A DNA stretch of 64,000 bases, taken from contig JAUIER010000005.1 in the NCBI GenBank assembly GCA_030429765.1, positions 3,175 through 67,174 on the forward strand, written 5' to 3'. Source of the DNA: a bacterium (GTDB taxonomy: Bacteria; Omnitrophota; Gorgyraeia; Zapsychrales; Zapsychraceae). Below, piece after piece: positions 50,264-59,603 of this stretch. The notes below the pieces were generated by a model, which ran no database searches, was not told where the DNA came from, and was given only the letters and a program-made list of their open reading frames with translations. Position numbers and translations under genes: made by a program. How positions within the stretch are numbered: the stretch's first letter is position 1; each line of letters opens with the position of its first letter.

Positions 50264-50339
50264 TGGTGCCGAGAGACAGAATCGAACTGTCGACACAAGG
50301 CTTTTCAGGCCTCTGCTCTACCAACTGAGCTATCTCGGC
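50264..50339 (-). tRNA. tRNA-Phe (anticodon GAA).
   Basis: Reverse complement GCCGAGATAGCTCAGTTGGTAGAGCAGAGGCCTGAAAAGCCTTGTGTCGACAGTTCGATTCTGTCTCTCGGCACCA; cloverleaf; similar to the E. coli tRNA-Phe from memory. Confidence 0.85.
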
Positions 50340-50461
50340 ACAAATGAAGTGATCATACTGTCGGGAAGCCGCGGTTTTGGGCTGAATGAGGCTTCAGCCC
50401 GGCGCTTCCTCTAAATTTGAAGCCCCATTGTAACCAACGGTCCAGGAAATGTCAATAGATT

Positions 50462-50881
50462 CTACGGGCTATCGATCATCGTTCCGGGCAGTCCGCCCAT
50501 GATCTTCACATACACATTTTGAGAGATCGAGATCTTGGGAAACATCATTTTACGCGACTTGACCCGCAGGGTCGTCTGATTCGGCCCCATCGGAATCACC
50601 GAAACCGTCACTCGGGTGCCGTTGACATCGGCCAGCACAATCTGGGAATCCTCGGACTTTTCGCGAATGGTCCCCATAATCTCCAAGACCTCCAGGGACT
50701 GTTCCCAAACGGTCTGCCCATCGTGCAGCGTGCTTCCCTCGACCGTGTCCGGACTCACCACATAACCACCCAGCGCCCCGATACTGCCGACAACCAGATA
50801 GACACATCCGCTCAACGAGATCAGGACCGGCAGCATTAAAATTTTTTTAAATACCGAAAACATACCTTGGTGAGTGCTCAA
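50462..50881 (-). CDS. Hypothetical lipoprotein (LSGC lipobox).
   Basis: Signal + lipobox; Gly-zipper region. Confidence 0.45.
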   Translation of the reverse strand: MSTHQGMFSVFKKILMLPVLISLSGCVYLVVGSIGALGGYVVSPDTVEGSTLHDGQTVWEQSLEVLEIMGTIREKSEDSQIVLADVNGTRVTVSVIPMGPNQTTLRVKSRKMMFPKISISQNVYVKIMGGLPGTMIDSP

Positions 50882-50899
50882 TGAATCGTCCCCCTCTTT

Positions 50900-52429
50900 T
50901 TACTCATGTTCATGCTCTAAATCTTCAAGTTCTTTTTTCCACGGATACATCGCCACAAACAGCGATCCGATCATCACGACAACCAGCCACACCGGCCCGA
51001 TCAATAGCAACGGCGCCATATCGTAGCCTTCGTAACGGCTGCTGATCTCCTTGATAAACGCGTTGACCAACAGGAATGTCAGAATGGCGGGCGTGATATA
51101 CATCACACAGGCGTCCCAGAACTTGACCAGCGAATCCGGGGCGACCTTGTTGATATGCTGGCGCAACTTGCCGGCCCTGTAGATCCATCCGACGATGATA
51201 CACTGTAATATACCGATAATCACCAGCCCATAATGTGTAATGAAATGGTCCGCGATATCCAGCCAATACAGGCCGCTCTTGGCCGAGAAAATGATACTGC
51301 CGAAAAATCCCGTGGCGCAGACAAAGGTGACAACGCCTTTACGGGTATAGTTGAATTTATCAATGATCGCCGAGCTGAAGGCCTCGACAATCGAAATGGC
51401 GCTCGATATCCCCGCGATGACCAGGCTGGAAAAGAAAATCACACCGAACGTCTTGGCAAAGGCCGGCATCAGACTGATGGCCTGCGGATACGAAACAAAG
51501 GCCAGCCCAATCGATTTGGACACCACTTCGGACACTTCCTTGTTTTGGGCCATGGCCATGTAACCAAGCGTCCCGAATACGGCAAAGCCTGAAATAAATG
51601 AAAAGATGCAGTTCCCGACGCTGATGATCAACGCGTCCTTGACAATATTGACCTTACGCGGCAGGTACGACGCGTACGCGATCATGATGCCGAATCCCAA
51701 CGACAGCGTAAAAAAGATCTGCGAGAACGCGTCGATCCAGACCTTCTTCTCTGATAACTTACTGAAATCGGGTTTCAGATACACCGCGATCCCCTTGGCC
51801 GCCCCCTCGAGGCTGACACTCCATAAGACGAGGATCAGGATCAAACCCAGCAACAACGGCATAAAAATCTTGTTGGCGCGCTCCACGCCCTTTTGAATCC
51901 CGAAGTAGACGATCAGCCAGCACAAAAACCAGACCAATGAAAGTGAAAGCAGAATCGGCAAACGGATGTCGCCAAGTTCAAACGGTTTACTGCTGAGCTG
52001 AAGAAATTCATTGTAAAAATAATTGTTGGGGTCCGCGCCCCAGGCCAACGTGAAGGAATGATAGACGTAGTTAACACACCAGGCAATCACCGTCGAGTAA
52101 TACAGCATGATGCCGTACATCACCAACAGCACCGACCACCAGCCAACCCATTCCCAGCTGCGGCTGACCTTGGCAAAGGACATTGGTGAAGATCCGCGCA
52201 TGCGGTGTCCGATCCCCAACTCCAGGATCATCAAGGGAATCCCGACGACAACCAACGCCACCAGATAGGGGATTAAAAACGCGCCGCCGCCATTGTCATA
52301 CACCAGATATGAAAAACGCCAGATGTTTCCCAGACCGACCGCCGAACCGATGGCCGCGAGAATAAAACCCAATCGGGACTTCCATTGCGGACGCGGGTGA
52401 TGGGCCTCACCCAGACGAGATTGACTCAT
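50900..52429 (-). CDS. Neurotransmitter:sodium symporter (NSS/SNF, SLC6-like) family transporter.
   Basis: GFILAAIGSAVGLGNIWRFSYLVYDNGGGAFLIPY is the NSS TM1 signature; 12 TM. Confidence 0.85.
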   Translation of the reverse strand: MSQSRLGEAHHPRPQWKSRLGFILAAIGSAVGLGNIWRFSYLVYDNGGGAFLIPYLVALVVVGIPLMILELGIGHRMRGSSPMSFAKVSRSWEWVGWWSVLLVMYGIMLYYSTVIAWCVNYVYHSFTLAWGADPNNYFYNEFLQLSSKPFELGDIRLPILLSLSLVWFLCWLIVYFGIQKGVERANKIFMPLLLGLILILVLWSVSLEGAAKGIAVYLKPDFSKLSEKKVWIDAFSQIFFTLSLGFGIMIAYASYLPRKVNIVKDALIISVGNCIFSFISGFAVFGTLGYMAMAQNKEVSEVVSKSIGLAFVSYPQAISLMPAFAKTFGVIFFSSLVIAGISSAISIVEAFSSAIIDKFNYTRKGVVTFVCATGFFGSIIFSAKSGLYWLDIADHFITHYGLVIIGILQCIIVGWIYRAGKLRQHINKVAPDSLVKFWDACVMYITPAILTFLLVNAFIKEISSRYEGYDMAPLLLIGPVWLVVVMIGSLFVAMYPWKKELEDLEHEHE

Positions 52430-52546
52430 AAAAGGCTCCTCAAGAGTGTTTAAAACCGCCAGATTGGCTTAAAATCGAGTGGTTTTATTGTACAGAGGAT
52501 TGCCGATTTTGTCGATTGAATTTGCAAAAAAATTAGGCAGATTCGC

Positions 52547-54652
52547 CTATTTGATGATGTGAACGACCGTGTTTTGCAGGATAAAGGCGGCAAATACGAT
52601 CGAGACCATGGACATCAGCTTGATCAGGATGTTGATGCTTGGTCCGGCGGTGTCTTTGAACGGATCACCCACGGTATCCCCGACCACACTGGCCTTGTGC
52701 GCGCGGGAGCCTTTACCGTCGTGATGCCCTTCTTCGATATATTTCTTGGCGTTATCCCAGGCGCCGCCGGAATTGGCCATCATGATCGCCAACAGGAATC
52801 CCGAGGCCGTCGCGCCGATGAGCAAACCGCCGACGCTGTTGATACCAAACAATACACCAATCAAGACCGGTGTGACCATCGCGATGATGGCCGGCAAGCG
52901 CATTTCCTGCAGCGCGGCCGTGGTCACGATATCCACACAGCGCGCGTAGTCCGGACGGGTCTTACCTTCCATAATGCCATCGATCTCTTTGAACTGACGC
53001 CGGACCTCAACAACGACTTTACTGCCCGCGCGTCCGACCGCGCTCATCGTCAACGATGAAAACACATACGGCATCATGGTCCCGATAAACAATCCTACGA
53101 GGACCAATGGATCCATCAGATTCAGCATCATCGATCCGCCTTCGAGGACGACCTTTTCTTTGAAGGCCGCGATCAGGGCCAACGCGGTCAACGCCGCTGA
53201 TCCGATCGCGAATCCCTTGCCCGTCGCTGCCGTGGTATTTCCCAAAGAATCCAGCGCATCCGTGCGTTCCCGAACCTTGGGATCCAGGCCGGCCATTTGG
53301 GCGTTTCCACCGGCATTATCCGCCACCGGTCCGTAGGCGTCCGTGGCCAGGGTAATGCCCAATGTGCTAAGCATTCCGACCGCGGCAATACCGATGCCGT
53401 ACAATCCTAAACTGAAGTTTGAAAATCCGCCGGCAAAAGAAAACGCCGCAATCGTCGCGATACTGACAATGATCATCGGATAGGCCGTGGAGAACATCCC
53501 GACCGCGATCCCTTCGATAATCAGGGTGGCGGATCCGGTTACGGCCGTACCGGCAATCTTTTTGGTTGGTTGATAGTGTGATGACGTGTAGTACTCGGTA
53601 CAAAGCCCGATCAGAATACCGGCGATCAATCCTGTAATCACGGAATACGCGATACCCATGTATTCCGCTCCCAAAACGAAACGGATCAGGACAAATGCCG
53701 CTACCACGACAATAATAGATGAGATAATGATGCCTTTTCGCAAGGCCATCAGAAGTGTTTTTTGGGTGGCATCTTCGGTGGTCTGAACAAATTTCATCCC
53801 GATGATCGACGCGATGATCCCGACCGCGGCCATGATCATCGGAATCGTGACACCATTCACGCCCAGCCCGGCCGCCACACCCAACGCGCCGGTCGCGACA
53901 ATCGATCCGACATAGGATTCGTACAGGTCCGCGCCCATTCCGGCCACGTCCCCGACATTGTCCCCGACGTTGTCCGCGATAACCGCCGGATTGCGTGGGT
54001 CGTCCTCCGGGATACCGGCCTCGACTTTTCCGACGAGGTCAGCCCCGACGTCAGCGGCTTTGGTAAAGATCCCTCCGCCCACGCGGGCGAACAGGGCCTG
54101 AAAACTGGCGCCCATCCCAAAGGTGAGCATGGTGCTGGTGATCGCTGTGATACGATCCATCCCTTCCGGCAAGGCGTGACCGGCAAAATACCAGTCCAGA
54201 CTGTAAAACCAGACGCTCAAGTCCAGCAATCCCAAACCGACAACGATGAATCCCATAACCGCGCCGGATGAAAATGCCAGACGCAATCCGGCGTTCAATG
54301 ATGTTTGGCAGGCATTGGCCGTGCGGGCACTGGCCAGTGTCGCGATCTTCATCCCGCAGAACCCGGCCAGACCGGAAAAGAATCCGCCGGTCAGAAACGC
54401 GAACGGAACAAAGATCACCAGATATTTCTTAAAGGCGAGAAACAACAGCAATCCGAAGATGATGACAAAAAACACGCCCGATACTCGGTACTGACGTTTC
54501 AGGTACGCGGCCGCCCCTTCACGGACAGCGGTCGCGATCTCCACCATCTTGGCGTTACCTTCGTCATGTCGTAAAATTTTTGTTGTTAAGGTCAGCGCGA
54601 ACGCCAATGCGATGATCGAACAGATAGGAACCAAAACAAAAAAATTTAACAT
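52547..54652 (-). CDS. hppA: Membrane-bound proton/sodium-translocating pyrophosphatase.
   Basis: [36 protein letters not shown] and full-length conservation. Confidence 0.95.
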   Translation of the reverse strand: MLNFFVLVPICSIIALAFALTLTTKILRHDEGNAKMVEIATAVREGAAAYLKRQYRVSGVFFVIIFGLLLFLAFKKYLVIFVPFAFLTGGFFSGLAGFCGMKIATLASARTANACQTSLNAGLRLAFSSGAVMGFIVVGLGLLDLSVWFYSLDWYFAGHALPEGMDRITAITSTMLTFGMGASFQALFARVGGGIFTKAADVGADLVGKVEAGIPEDDPRNPAVIADNVGDNVGDVAGMGADLYESYVGSIVATGALGVAAGLGVNGVTIPMIMAAVGIIASIIGMKFVQTTEDATQKTLLMALRKGIIISSIIVVVAAFVLIRFVLGAEYMGIAYSVITGLIAGILIGLCTEYYTSSHYQPTKKIAGTAVTGSATLIIEGIAVGMFSTAYPMIIVSIATIAAFSFAGGFSNFSLGLYGIGIAAVGMLSTLGITLATDAYGPVADNAGGNAQMAGLDPKVRERTDALDSLGNTTAATGKGFAIGSAALTALALIAAFKEKVVLEGGSMMLNLMDPLVLVGLFIGTMMPYVFSSLTMSAVGRAGSKVVVEVRRQFKEIDGIMEGKTRPDYARCVDIVTTAALQEMRLPAIIAMVTPVLIGVLFGINSVGGLLIGATASGFLLAIMMANSGGAWDNAKKYIEEGHHDGKGSRAHKASVVGDTVGDPFKDTAGPSINILIKLMSMVSIVFAAFILQNTVVHIIK

Positions 54653-54734
54653 GAACTCTCCTTTTGATTAAACGATATCCCAAACGGCGGCGTTAATCGC
54701 ACCGCCCATTTCAACGAGACATATCCCGTCCGAT

Positions 54735-54815
54735 TTAACCCTTGTTCGGTTTGACACCGTGATTGGCTTTCTTGGATCGCCAGTTGAGTTTACCTCTACG
54801 CTTTTTCTTACTCAT
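54735..54815 (-). CDS. Unlisted 26-aa highly basic small ORF (MSKKKRRGKLNWRSKKANHGVKPNKG) with GAGGG RBS; possible bTHX-like small ribosomal or basic protein.
   Basis: ATG preceded by gaggg at 8-nt spacing in the hppA-HAD intergenic region; weak resemblance to the THX RRGKI.RG pattern. Confidence 0.35.
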   Translation of the reverse strand: MSKKKRRGKLNWRSKKANHGVKPNKG

Positions 54816-54920
54816 AATCATACCCTCGTTTGTTGAATTATTTCATAAAATTTGCAGTATTTTGACTTATAGTTATACAGGATAACCTGTGGCCGTTCAA
54901 GTTTTTTTTAAGATCGTAAG

Positions 54921-55568
54921 TCAAAGCCTGTCAATTATTTCAGTCATATCGGTCATGGACGAGACAATCGCGAACGGCTGGTCGGACACGATCTCCTCAT
55001 GGGTATTCGATCCGGTCGTCACCGCCACGGTCCGGATATTCGCCCGGTTTCCGGCCTGCACGTCGATCGCCATATCGCCGATGTACAGCGCCTCATGCGG
55101 CTGGATCGCGAAGCTCTGGATGACGAAATCCAGCATGTCCGGCGCCGGCTTGGGCTCGGCGACCTTGTCGGCGCTGATCACACAGTCAAAATGGTTGATA
55201 TAGTTGAGCTGCTTGAGAATGATATGGGTAAAGCGCGACGGCCGGTTGGTCGCCACGGCGATACGGATCCCTCTGGACTTGAGCTCCTTGAGCAATTCCT
55301 TGGCCCCGGGCAAAAACCGAACGCCCGATTTGAGCGCGAAACGGTGATGCCGCCGGAACACCGATAGCGTCTTATCCACGTCTTCGGGCCGGACAAACTT
55401 GGAGATCAGGGCCCGCTCACCGCCGCCGACATTGCGTTTAACCGTGTCCATCGTCACCTGATCATAGCCGATCGCGTCGAAGGCGTGATTCATGCTCTCG
55501 GTCACCGCCTCGTACGCATCAATCAATGTCCCGTCCAGGTCAAAGATAACGGCCTTAAGACTGTTCAT
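54921..55568 (-). CDS. HAD-superfamily hydrolase (phosphoglycolate phosphatase-like).
   Basis: LKAVIFDLDGTLIDA (DxDGT), later K and GDxxxD motifs. Confidence 0.8.
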   Translation of the reverse strand: MNSLKAVIFDLDGTLIDAYEAVTESMNHAFDAIGYDQVTMDTVKRNVGGGERALISKFVRPEDVDKTLSVFRRHHRFALKSGVRFLPGAKELLKELKSRGIRIAVATNRPSRFTHIILKQLNYINHFDCVISADKVAEPKPAPDMLDFVIQSFAIQPHEALYIGDMAIDVQAGNRANIRTVAVTTGSNTHEEIVSDQPFAIVSSMTDMTEIIDRL

Positions 55569-56229
55569 CTTCCAAATCCTTAGGCTTGGGCGTCATGCCG
55601 ACCTGCTGCTGCGGATTGACCACCCCGCCCGATACGATGAATTTAAAGGCCGCTTCAATACTCATATCCAGCACCGTGATATCCTTGCGCGGGACGATAA
55701 TCGTAAATCCCGTCAGCGGGCTTGGCGAGGTGGAGATAAAGACATTGGCCATTTCCTTGTTGATCTTGTCCGTCACTTCGGCCGGGGCCTCATTGGTCAG
55801 AAACCCGAGCGAATAAATCCCCTTTCGCGGATACTCCACCATCACCACCTGTTTGAACGACGCCACGCGGTCGCGTGAAAACAAGAAGATCGATATTTCC
55901 TTGAAGGCCGGATACAGCTGACGGAAAAACGGGAGTTTGACCAGGATCTGTTCAAAGATTTCATAGATCTTCCGTCCCAGGAAATTACGCGCCAGTACCC
56001 CGATGAGGATGATCAGATAGACCAGAACGAGGATGCACAAAAAGTGAAACAGAAACCGGTGAATCCCCTCAAAATAAAATCCGTATTTTTCAAGAATGAT
56101 CGGTTCCAGAAACCGCGCGATCCGGGCGTCCAGAAAGTTGAGCGCCAGAAAGAAGATGTAAATGGTCAACGCCGCCGGCAGAAAGATCACCAGTCCGGAC
56201 AGAAAATAATTTCTCAGTTTTTGCCACAT
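55555..56229 (-). CDS. DUF502-family membrane protein.
   Basis: N-terminal GLVIFLPAALTIYIF two-TM pattern typical of DUF502. Confidence 0.5.
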   Translation of the reverse strand: MWQKLRNYFLSGLVIFLPAALTIYIFFLALNFLDARIARFLEPIILEKYGFYFEGIHRFLFHFLCILVLVYLIILIGVLARNFLGRKIYEIFEQILVKLPFFRQLYPAFKEISIFLFSRDRVASFKQVVMVEYPRKGIYSLGFLTNEAPAEVTDKINKEMANVFISTSPSPLTGFTIIVPRKDITVLDMSIEAAFKFIVSGGVVNPQQQVGMTPKPKDLEDEQS

Positions 56230-56244
56230 ATCAAACTCCTTCGA

Positions 56245-57240
56245 CTACCGTAACCAATAAAGGATTGTCGTGCCGGCCAGCCAGACCCCCAACATTGTCC
56301 AGGTGTCCCAGGCCAATCCGCCAAATATCCGCTTGCCTTTGGTTTGTATTCCCTTCACCGCAATAACGACGAGCAGAATACTTATAATCGCTGTCAGAAT
56401 GTGAGTATTGGTGACGTCCATCAACACCGGTCCTTCAGGGTTAAAAAACGTACATACCACGATGATCAGCAGGTTGGTCATATTGCTGCCGAAAATATTA
56501 CCAACGGCCAGGTCGAACGATCCCATCTTCATCGCTGACAGCGTCACGACCACTTCCGGCAACGATGTGACGATCGCCAAAAAGATACTGCCGACGAATG
56601 TCCGGCCCAATCCGGTGCTCTCGGCGATCATATCAGCGGCGCGGGCGAGCACCATCGCAGACCCCACCACAACGATCGCTCCAAGAAAAATGTGAATCAG
56701 CGTGCCGAGGACCGTGCCCTTGACCGGTTCCTGAGGCTCCTCGAGCTGGGGTATCGCCCTGACCTCGGCGGCGCTCAGGTCCGCGATCCGGCGCATTCCA
56801 AAAATGTACAATCCGACAATCATCACGCCGCCCGGACTAAACACACCGGCACTGACGTGATCATTGAACGCGATCTCCAGGATCGCCACAACGGTCATCA
56901 CCACGGCCATTCCAGCCGAGTAGAGCAACGATCCGCGCGGGATCACATCATTGGTCACCGACCCCCGTCGGTATACCATGTCCATCAGCACGATCAGCAG
57001 CGGATTAAAATTGTTGCTGCCCAGCAGATTTCCCACCGCCAGATCGTCCGCCCCGAGTGATTTGACCGCCACGATACAGGTGATCGCCTCGGGCAAAGAC
57101 GTGATAAATCCCAACAGGACCACACCCACCACCGCCTTGCCCAAATTAAGCTGAGCGCTCAACCGATCCGCGTAATGGGTCACATGGATCCCCGCGACGA
57201 TAATGACCACACTGCTAACTAAGAACTGAAGCCAATACAT
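56245..57240 (-). CDS. Ca2+:cation antiporter (CaCA, YrbG-like), with two alpha-repeats.
   Basis: GNLLGSNNFNPLLIV and GNIFGSNMTNLLIIV alpha-1/alpha-2 signatures. Confidence 0.8.
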   Translation of the reverse strand: MYWLQFLVSSVVIIVAGIHVTHYADRLSAQLNLGKAVVGVVLLGFITSLPEAITCIVAVKSLGADDLAVGNLLGSNNFNPLLIVLMDMVYRRGSVTNDVIPRGSLLYSAGMAVVMTVVAILEIAFNDHVSAGVFSPGGVMIVGLYIFGMRRIADLSAAEVRAIPQLEEPQEPVKGTVLGTLIHIFLGAIVVVGSAMVLARAADMIAESTGLGRTFVGSIFLAIVTSLPEVVVTLSAMKMGSFDLAVGNIFGSNMTNLLIIVVCTFFNPEGPVLMDVTNTHILTAIISILLVVIAVKGIQTKGKRIFGGLAWDTWTMLGVWLAGTTILYWLR

Positions 57241-57265
57241 GAATTCGCCAACTCCGTTCCGAAGG

Positions 57266-57454
57266 TTATTTCTTCAGCGAATAAAGCAGAAGCAGACCGC
57301 TTCCGGCCAAGATAAAGCCGATGGTTCCGCGGAACAGAATCACGATTTCATCCGACCAGGCCAGGATCAGCGTGATCCCCAGAACGATAATGAAGCATCC
57401 GATCACAAATTTGGCCAGCGTTTTTGTCGATGTTGATTGTTTGGGTGTTGTCAT
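57266..57454 (-). CDS. Small two-TM membrane protein translationally coupled (ATGA overlap) to the upstream acyltransferase gene.
   Basis: ATG 57454 overlaps the TGA stop of the LpxL-like gene; hydrophobic 63-aa product. Confidence 0.35.
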   Translation of the reverse strand: MTTPKQSTSTKTLAKFVIGCFIIVLGITLILAWSDEIVILFRGTIGFILAGSGLLLLYSLKK

Positions 57455-58401
57455 TGCTTGATAGAATTTTTGGTTTTCGTTTGGTTCGGATTGGGACGGC
57501 TCTTCCAGCGTCGGTGCATCCAGCCCCACTCCAGCGGATATGTCCGGGCGTAACGTTCGATGACATTGGTGATTTTCTGAATATTCACCTGCAGCATTTC
57601 GTCATTGTCGTCCCGTTCTTCAATCTTCATTTCCGGCTCGACAATCACCTGATGCATGCCGTTTTCTTTATGAATGATAAACATCAGGATGATCGCGGCG
57701 CCGGTTCGACGTGACAATACCACCGGACCCGTCGCTGTCGCTGCCTTGCGACCGAAGAAATCCACAAACACCGATCCGCCGCTGCCGGAGTTCTGGTCCA
57801 GCGGGACAAACAAAACCTCATTGTTCCGCAAAACCTCCAGGCACTGCGACACACACTGTTTACGGGGGATCGCGTAAATCGTCTTGAGCCCCGAATCCGT
57901 CCGTTTCTTCAGAAGATACTCTTCCATTTTCTCGTCGCGGGCCGGACGGACAATCGAGCTTACTTTATACCCCTGCATCGCGCAGTAAAACATCATCAGC
58001 GGAAAATTGCCGAAGTGAGCGGTCACGACAATAGCCCCCTTGCCGCGCGCCAAGGCCGCGTCGAGATGCTCCCGTCCGTCCATGTACACCGAACTGTTCA
58101 CATGCTCGGGATGGACCAGAAAGTACGACATCTCAATCATCGCCATGCCGAGATTCCGGAAACACTTCTTGATGATCTGTTTGATCTCTTTGTCAGACTT
58201 TTCTTTGCCGTAGGCGATGGTCAGACTTTCATGGGCAATCCGTCGGTGACGGATCGTAAACTGAAATCCCAACGCCAATGCCAGATGGGCGAAAAACCGG
58301 ACAATGCCGTAGGGAACATGCTTTAACAACCATGTAAAAAAATAAAGCCCCTGACGGGCGGCCGCCCGTTGGAACTTTTTGACGTGTTTGTTCTTGCTCA
58401 T
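57451..58401 (-). CDS. Lipid A biosynthesis (Kdo2-lipid IVA) lauroyl/myristoyl acyltransferase family (LpxL/HtrB-like).
   Basis: N-terminal anchor; LysoPL-acyltransferase pattern (HFGNFPLMM block after the TAHFGN-type H motif). Confidence 0.6.
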   Translation of the reverse strand: MSKNKHVKKFQRAAARQGLYFFTWLLKHVPYGIVRFFAHLALALGFQFTIRHRRIAHESLTIAYGKEKSDKEIKQIIKKCFRNLGMAMIEMSYFLVHPEHVNSSVYMDGREHLDAALARGKGAIVVTAHFGNFPLMMFYCAMQGYKVSSIVRPARDEKMEEYLLKKRTDSGLKTIYAIPRKQCVSQCLEVLRNNEVLFVPLDQNSGSGGSVFVDFFGRKAATATGPVVLSRRTGAAIILMFIIHKENGMHQVIVEPEMKIEERDDNDEMLQVNIQKITNVIERYARTYPLEWGWMHRRWKSRPNPNQTKTKNSIKQ

Positions 58402-58426
58402 TTTTAGCCGATAAGGTCAGACCGCC

Positions 58427-59164
58427 TCAGCGTTCCAGCGCACCCTGAATCGTGACAATCAGACTTTCCGCGTTGACGGGTTTTGTTAGATGAGCCTCAC
58501 CGCCGGCATCGATCTCCGCCGTGATGTCATCCTGAGAATCCTTTGCTGTTAAAAATATCACCGGAATATGCCGCGTGCGTTCATCTTCCTTAAGCCGCCG
58601 GCAGACTTCACGCCCCTTGATCCCCGGCAGGATCACGTCGAGCAGGATCAAATCCGGCCCCTGCTCCTGGGCGATCCGGAGCCCTTCCTCGCCTTTATTC
58701 GCCGTCAGGACGGAATAGCCGTGCGACATCAAGATCGGCCGGACGGTTTTGATTAGAATTTCGTCATCATCGACGACGAGAATACTCTGCCATTTGCGTC
58801 GGGCGGACCTGAAATGCAGACGAACATCACTCAATTGAAAATAGATCCCGAAGATAAACGATCCCAGGATGTACGGGATCGGCACGAGATCATCAAATTT
58901 GAAATACAAGTAGACCAGCAATGCGCACAGCGCCAGATTTCCAACGACCAGTCCCTTTCGCGCGGCCTCCACCTTCTTGTTGACGGCCAACGCGCACACA
59001 AACAGGATGGCCAGTAACAGCACCAACAGCAGGGTAAACGGCCGGGCCGCGTCATCGCGCATATTCAGAATGAATGACACCGCCGACAAACAGTACAAAA
59101 TGGAAAGGACAAATCCAACCGTGCGGATCGCGACAAATTTTTTATGGACAGGCGCTTTAAACAT
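58427..59164 (-). CDS. Membrane-anchored response regulator (3 TM helices + C-terminal REC domain).
   Basis: ILVVDDDEILIK...DLILLDVILPGIKG...VIFLTAK are receiver-domain motifs (DD, D, T, K). Confidence 0.65.
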   Translation of the reverse strand: MFKAPVHKKFVAIRTVGFVLSILYCLSAVSFILNMRDDAARPFTLLLVLLLAILFVCALAVNKKVEAARKGLVVGNLALCALLVYLYFKFDDLVPIPYILGSFIFGIYFQLSDVRLHFRSARRKWQSILVVDDDEILIKTVRPILMSHGYSVLTANKGEEGLRIAQEQGPDLILLDVILPGIKGREVCRRLKEDERTRHIPVIFLTAKDSQDDITAEIDAGGEAHLTKPVNAESLIVTIQGALER

Positions 59165-59170
59165 AGATTA

Positions 59171-59563
59171 TCAGCCGGACTGGACCTTTTTGTTTAGGAT
59201 AAATGCCAGGACCGTCATCACCACCGCAACACCGGCCGGCAAAAAGTAGGCAGGCGACGTGATCAAATTGGTCGTGGACAGACGGTTCATCAGCACCGCG
59301 GTCATCACACCGATGAGCACCACGGCGACGATATGAACAGCCGCTGACGATTTGTTTTTGAGAACCGACATCAATCCGATCGCCACGAACAGCAGCGCCG
59401 ATAGCGTCAACAGGATCATAAACCAGTCGTTCGCACCCATCGCCGCGGCGGCTCCCGACATCTTTTTATCGAGCAACACAGGAAGGGTAAATAACAGAAC
59501 CCTCACTGAAACAATAACTTCCGCCCATGCCAAAATCTGCGGACCGATTGATTGATTTTTCAT
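59171..59563 (-). CDS. Hypothetical membrane protein (start at internal ATG 59563 with a GGAGGG RBS; the longer ORF overlaps lnt).
   Basis: 4 predicted TM helices; RBS read in the sequence. Confidence 0.4.
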   Translation of the reverse strand: MKNQSIGPQILAWAEVIVSVRVLLFTLPVLLDKKMSGAAAAMGANDWFMILLTLSALLFVAIGLMSVLKNKSSAAVHIVAVVLIGVMTAVLMNRLSTTNLITSPAYFLPAGVAVVMTVLAFILNKKVQSG

Positions 59564-59603
59564 TATGTGAATCCCTCCATAAAATATTATAAGTAATAAT
59601 CGT

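Noticed and set aside
52559-54574. Multiple ORFs overlapping hppA on both strands (for example 52559..53059 +, 53762..54271 +, 53857..54186 -).
   Set aside because: Spurious frames within a highly conserved H+-PPase gene; Arg/His-rich composition.
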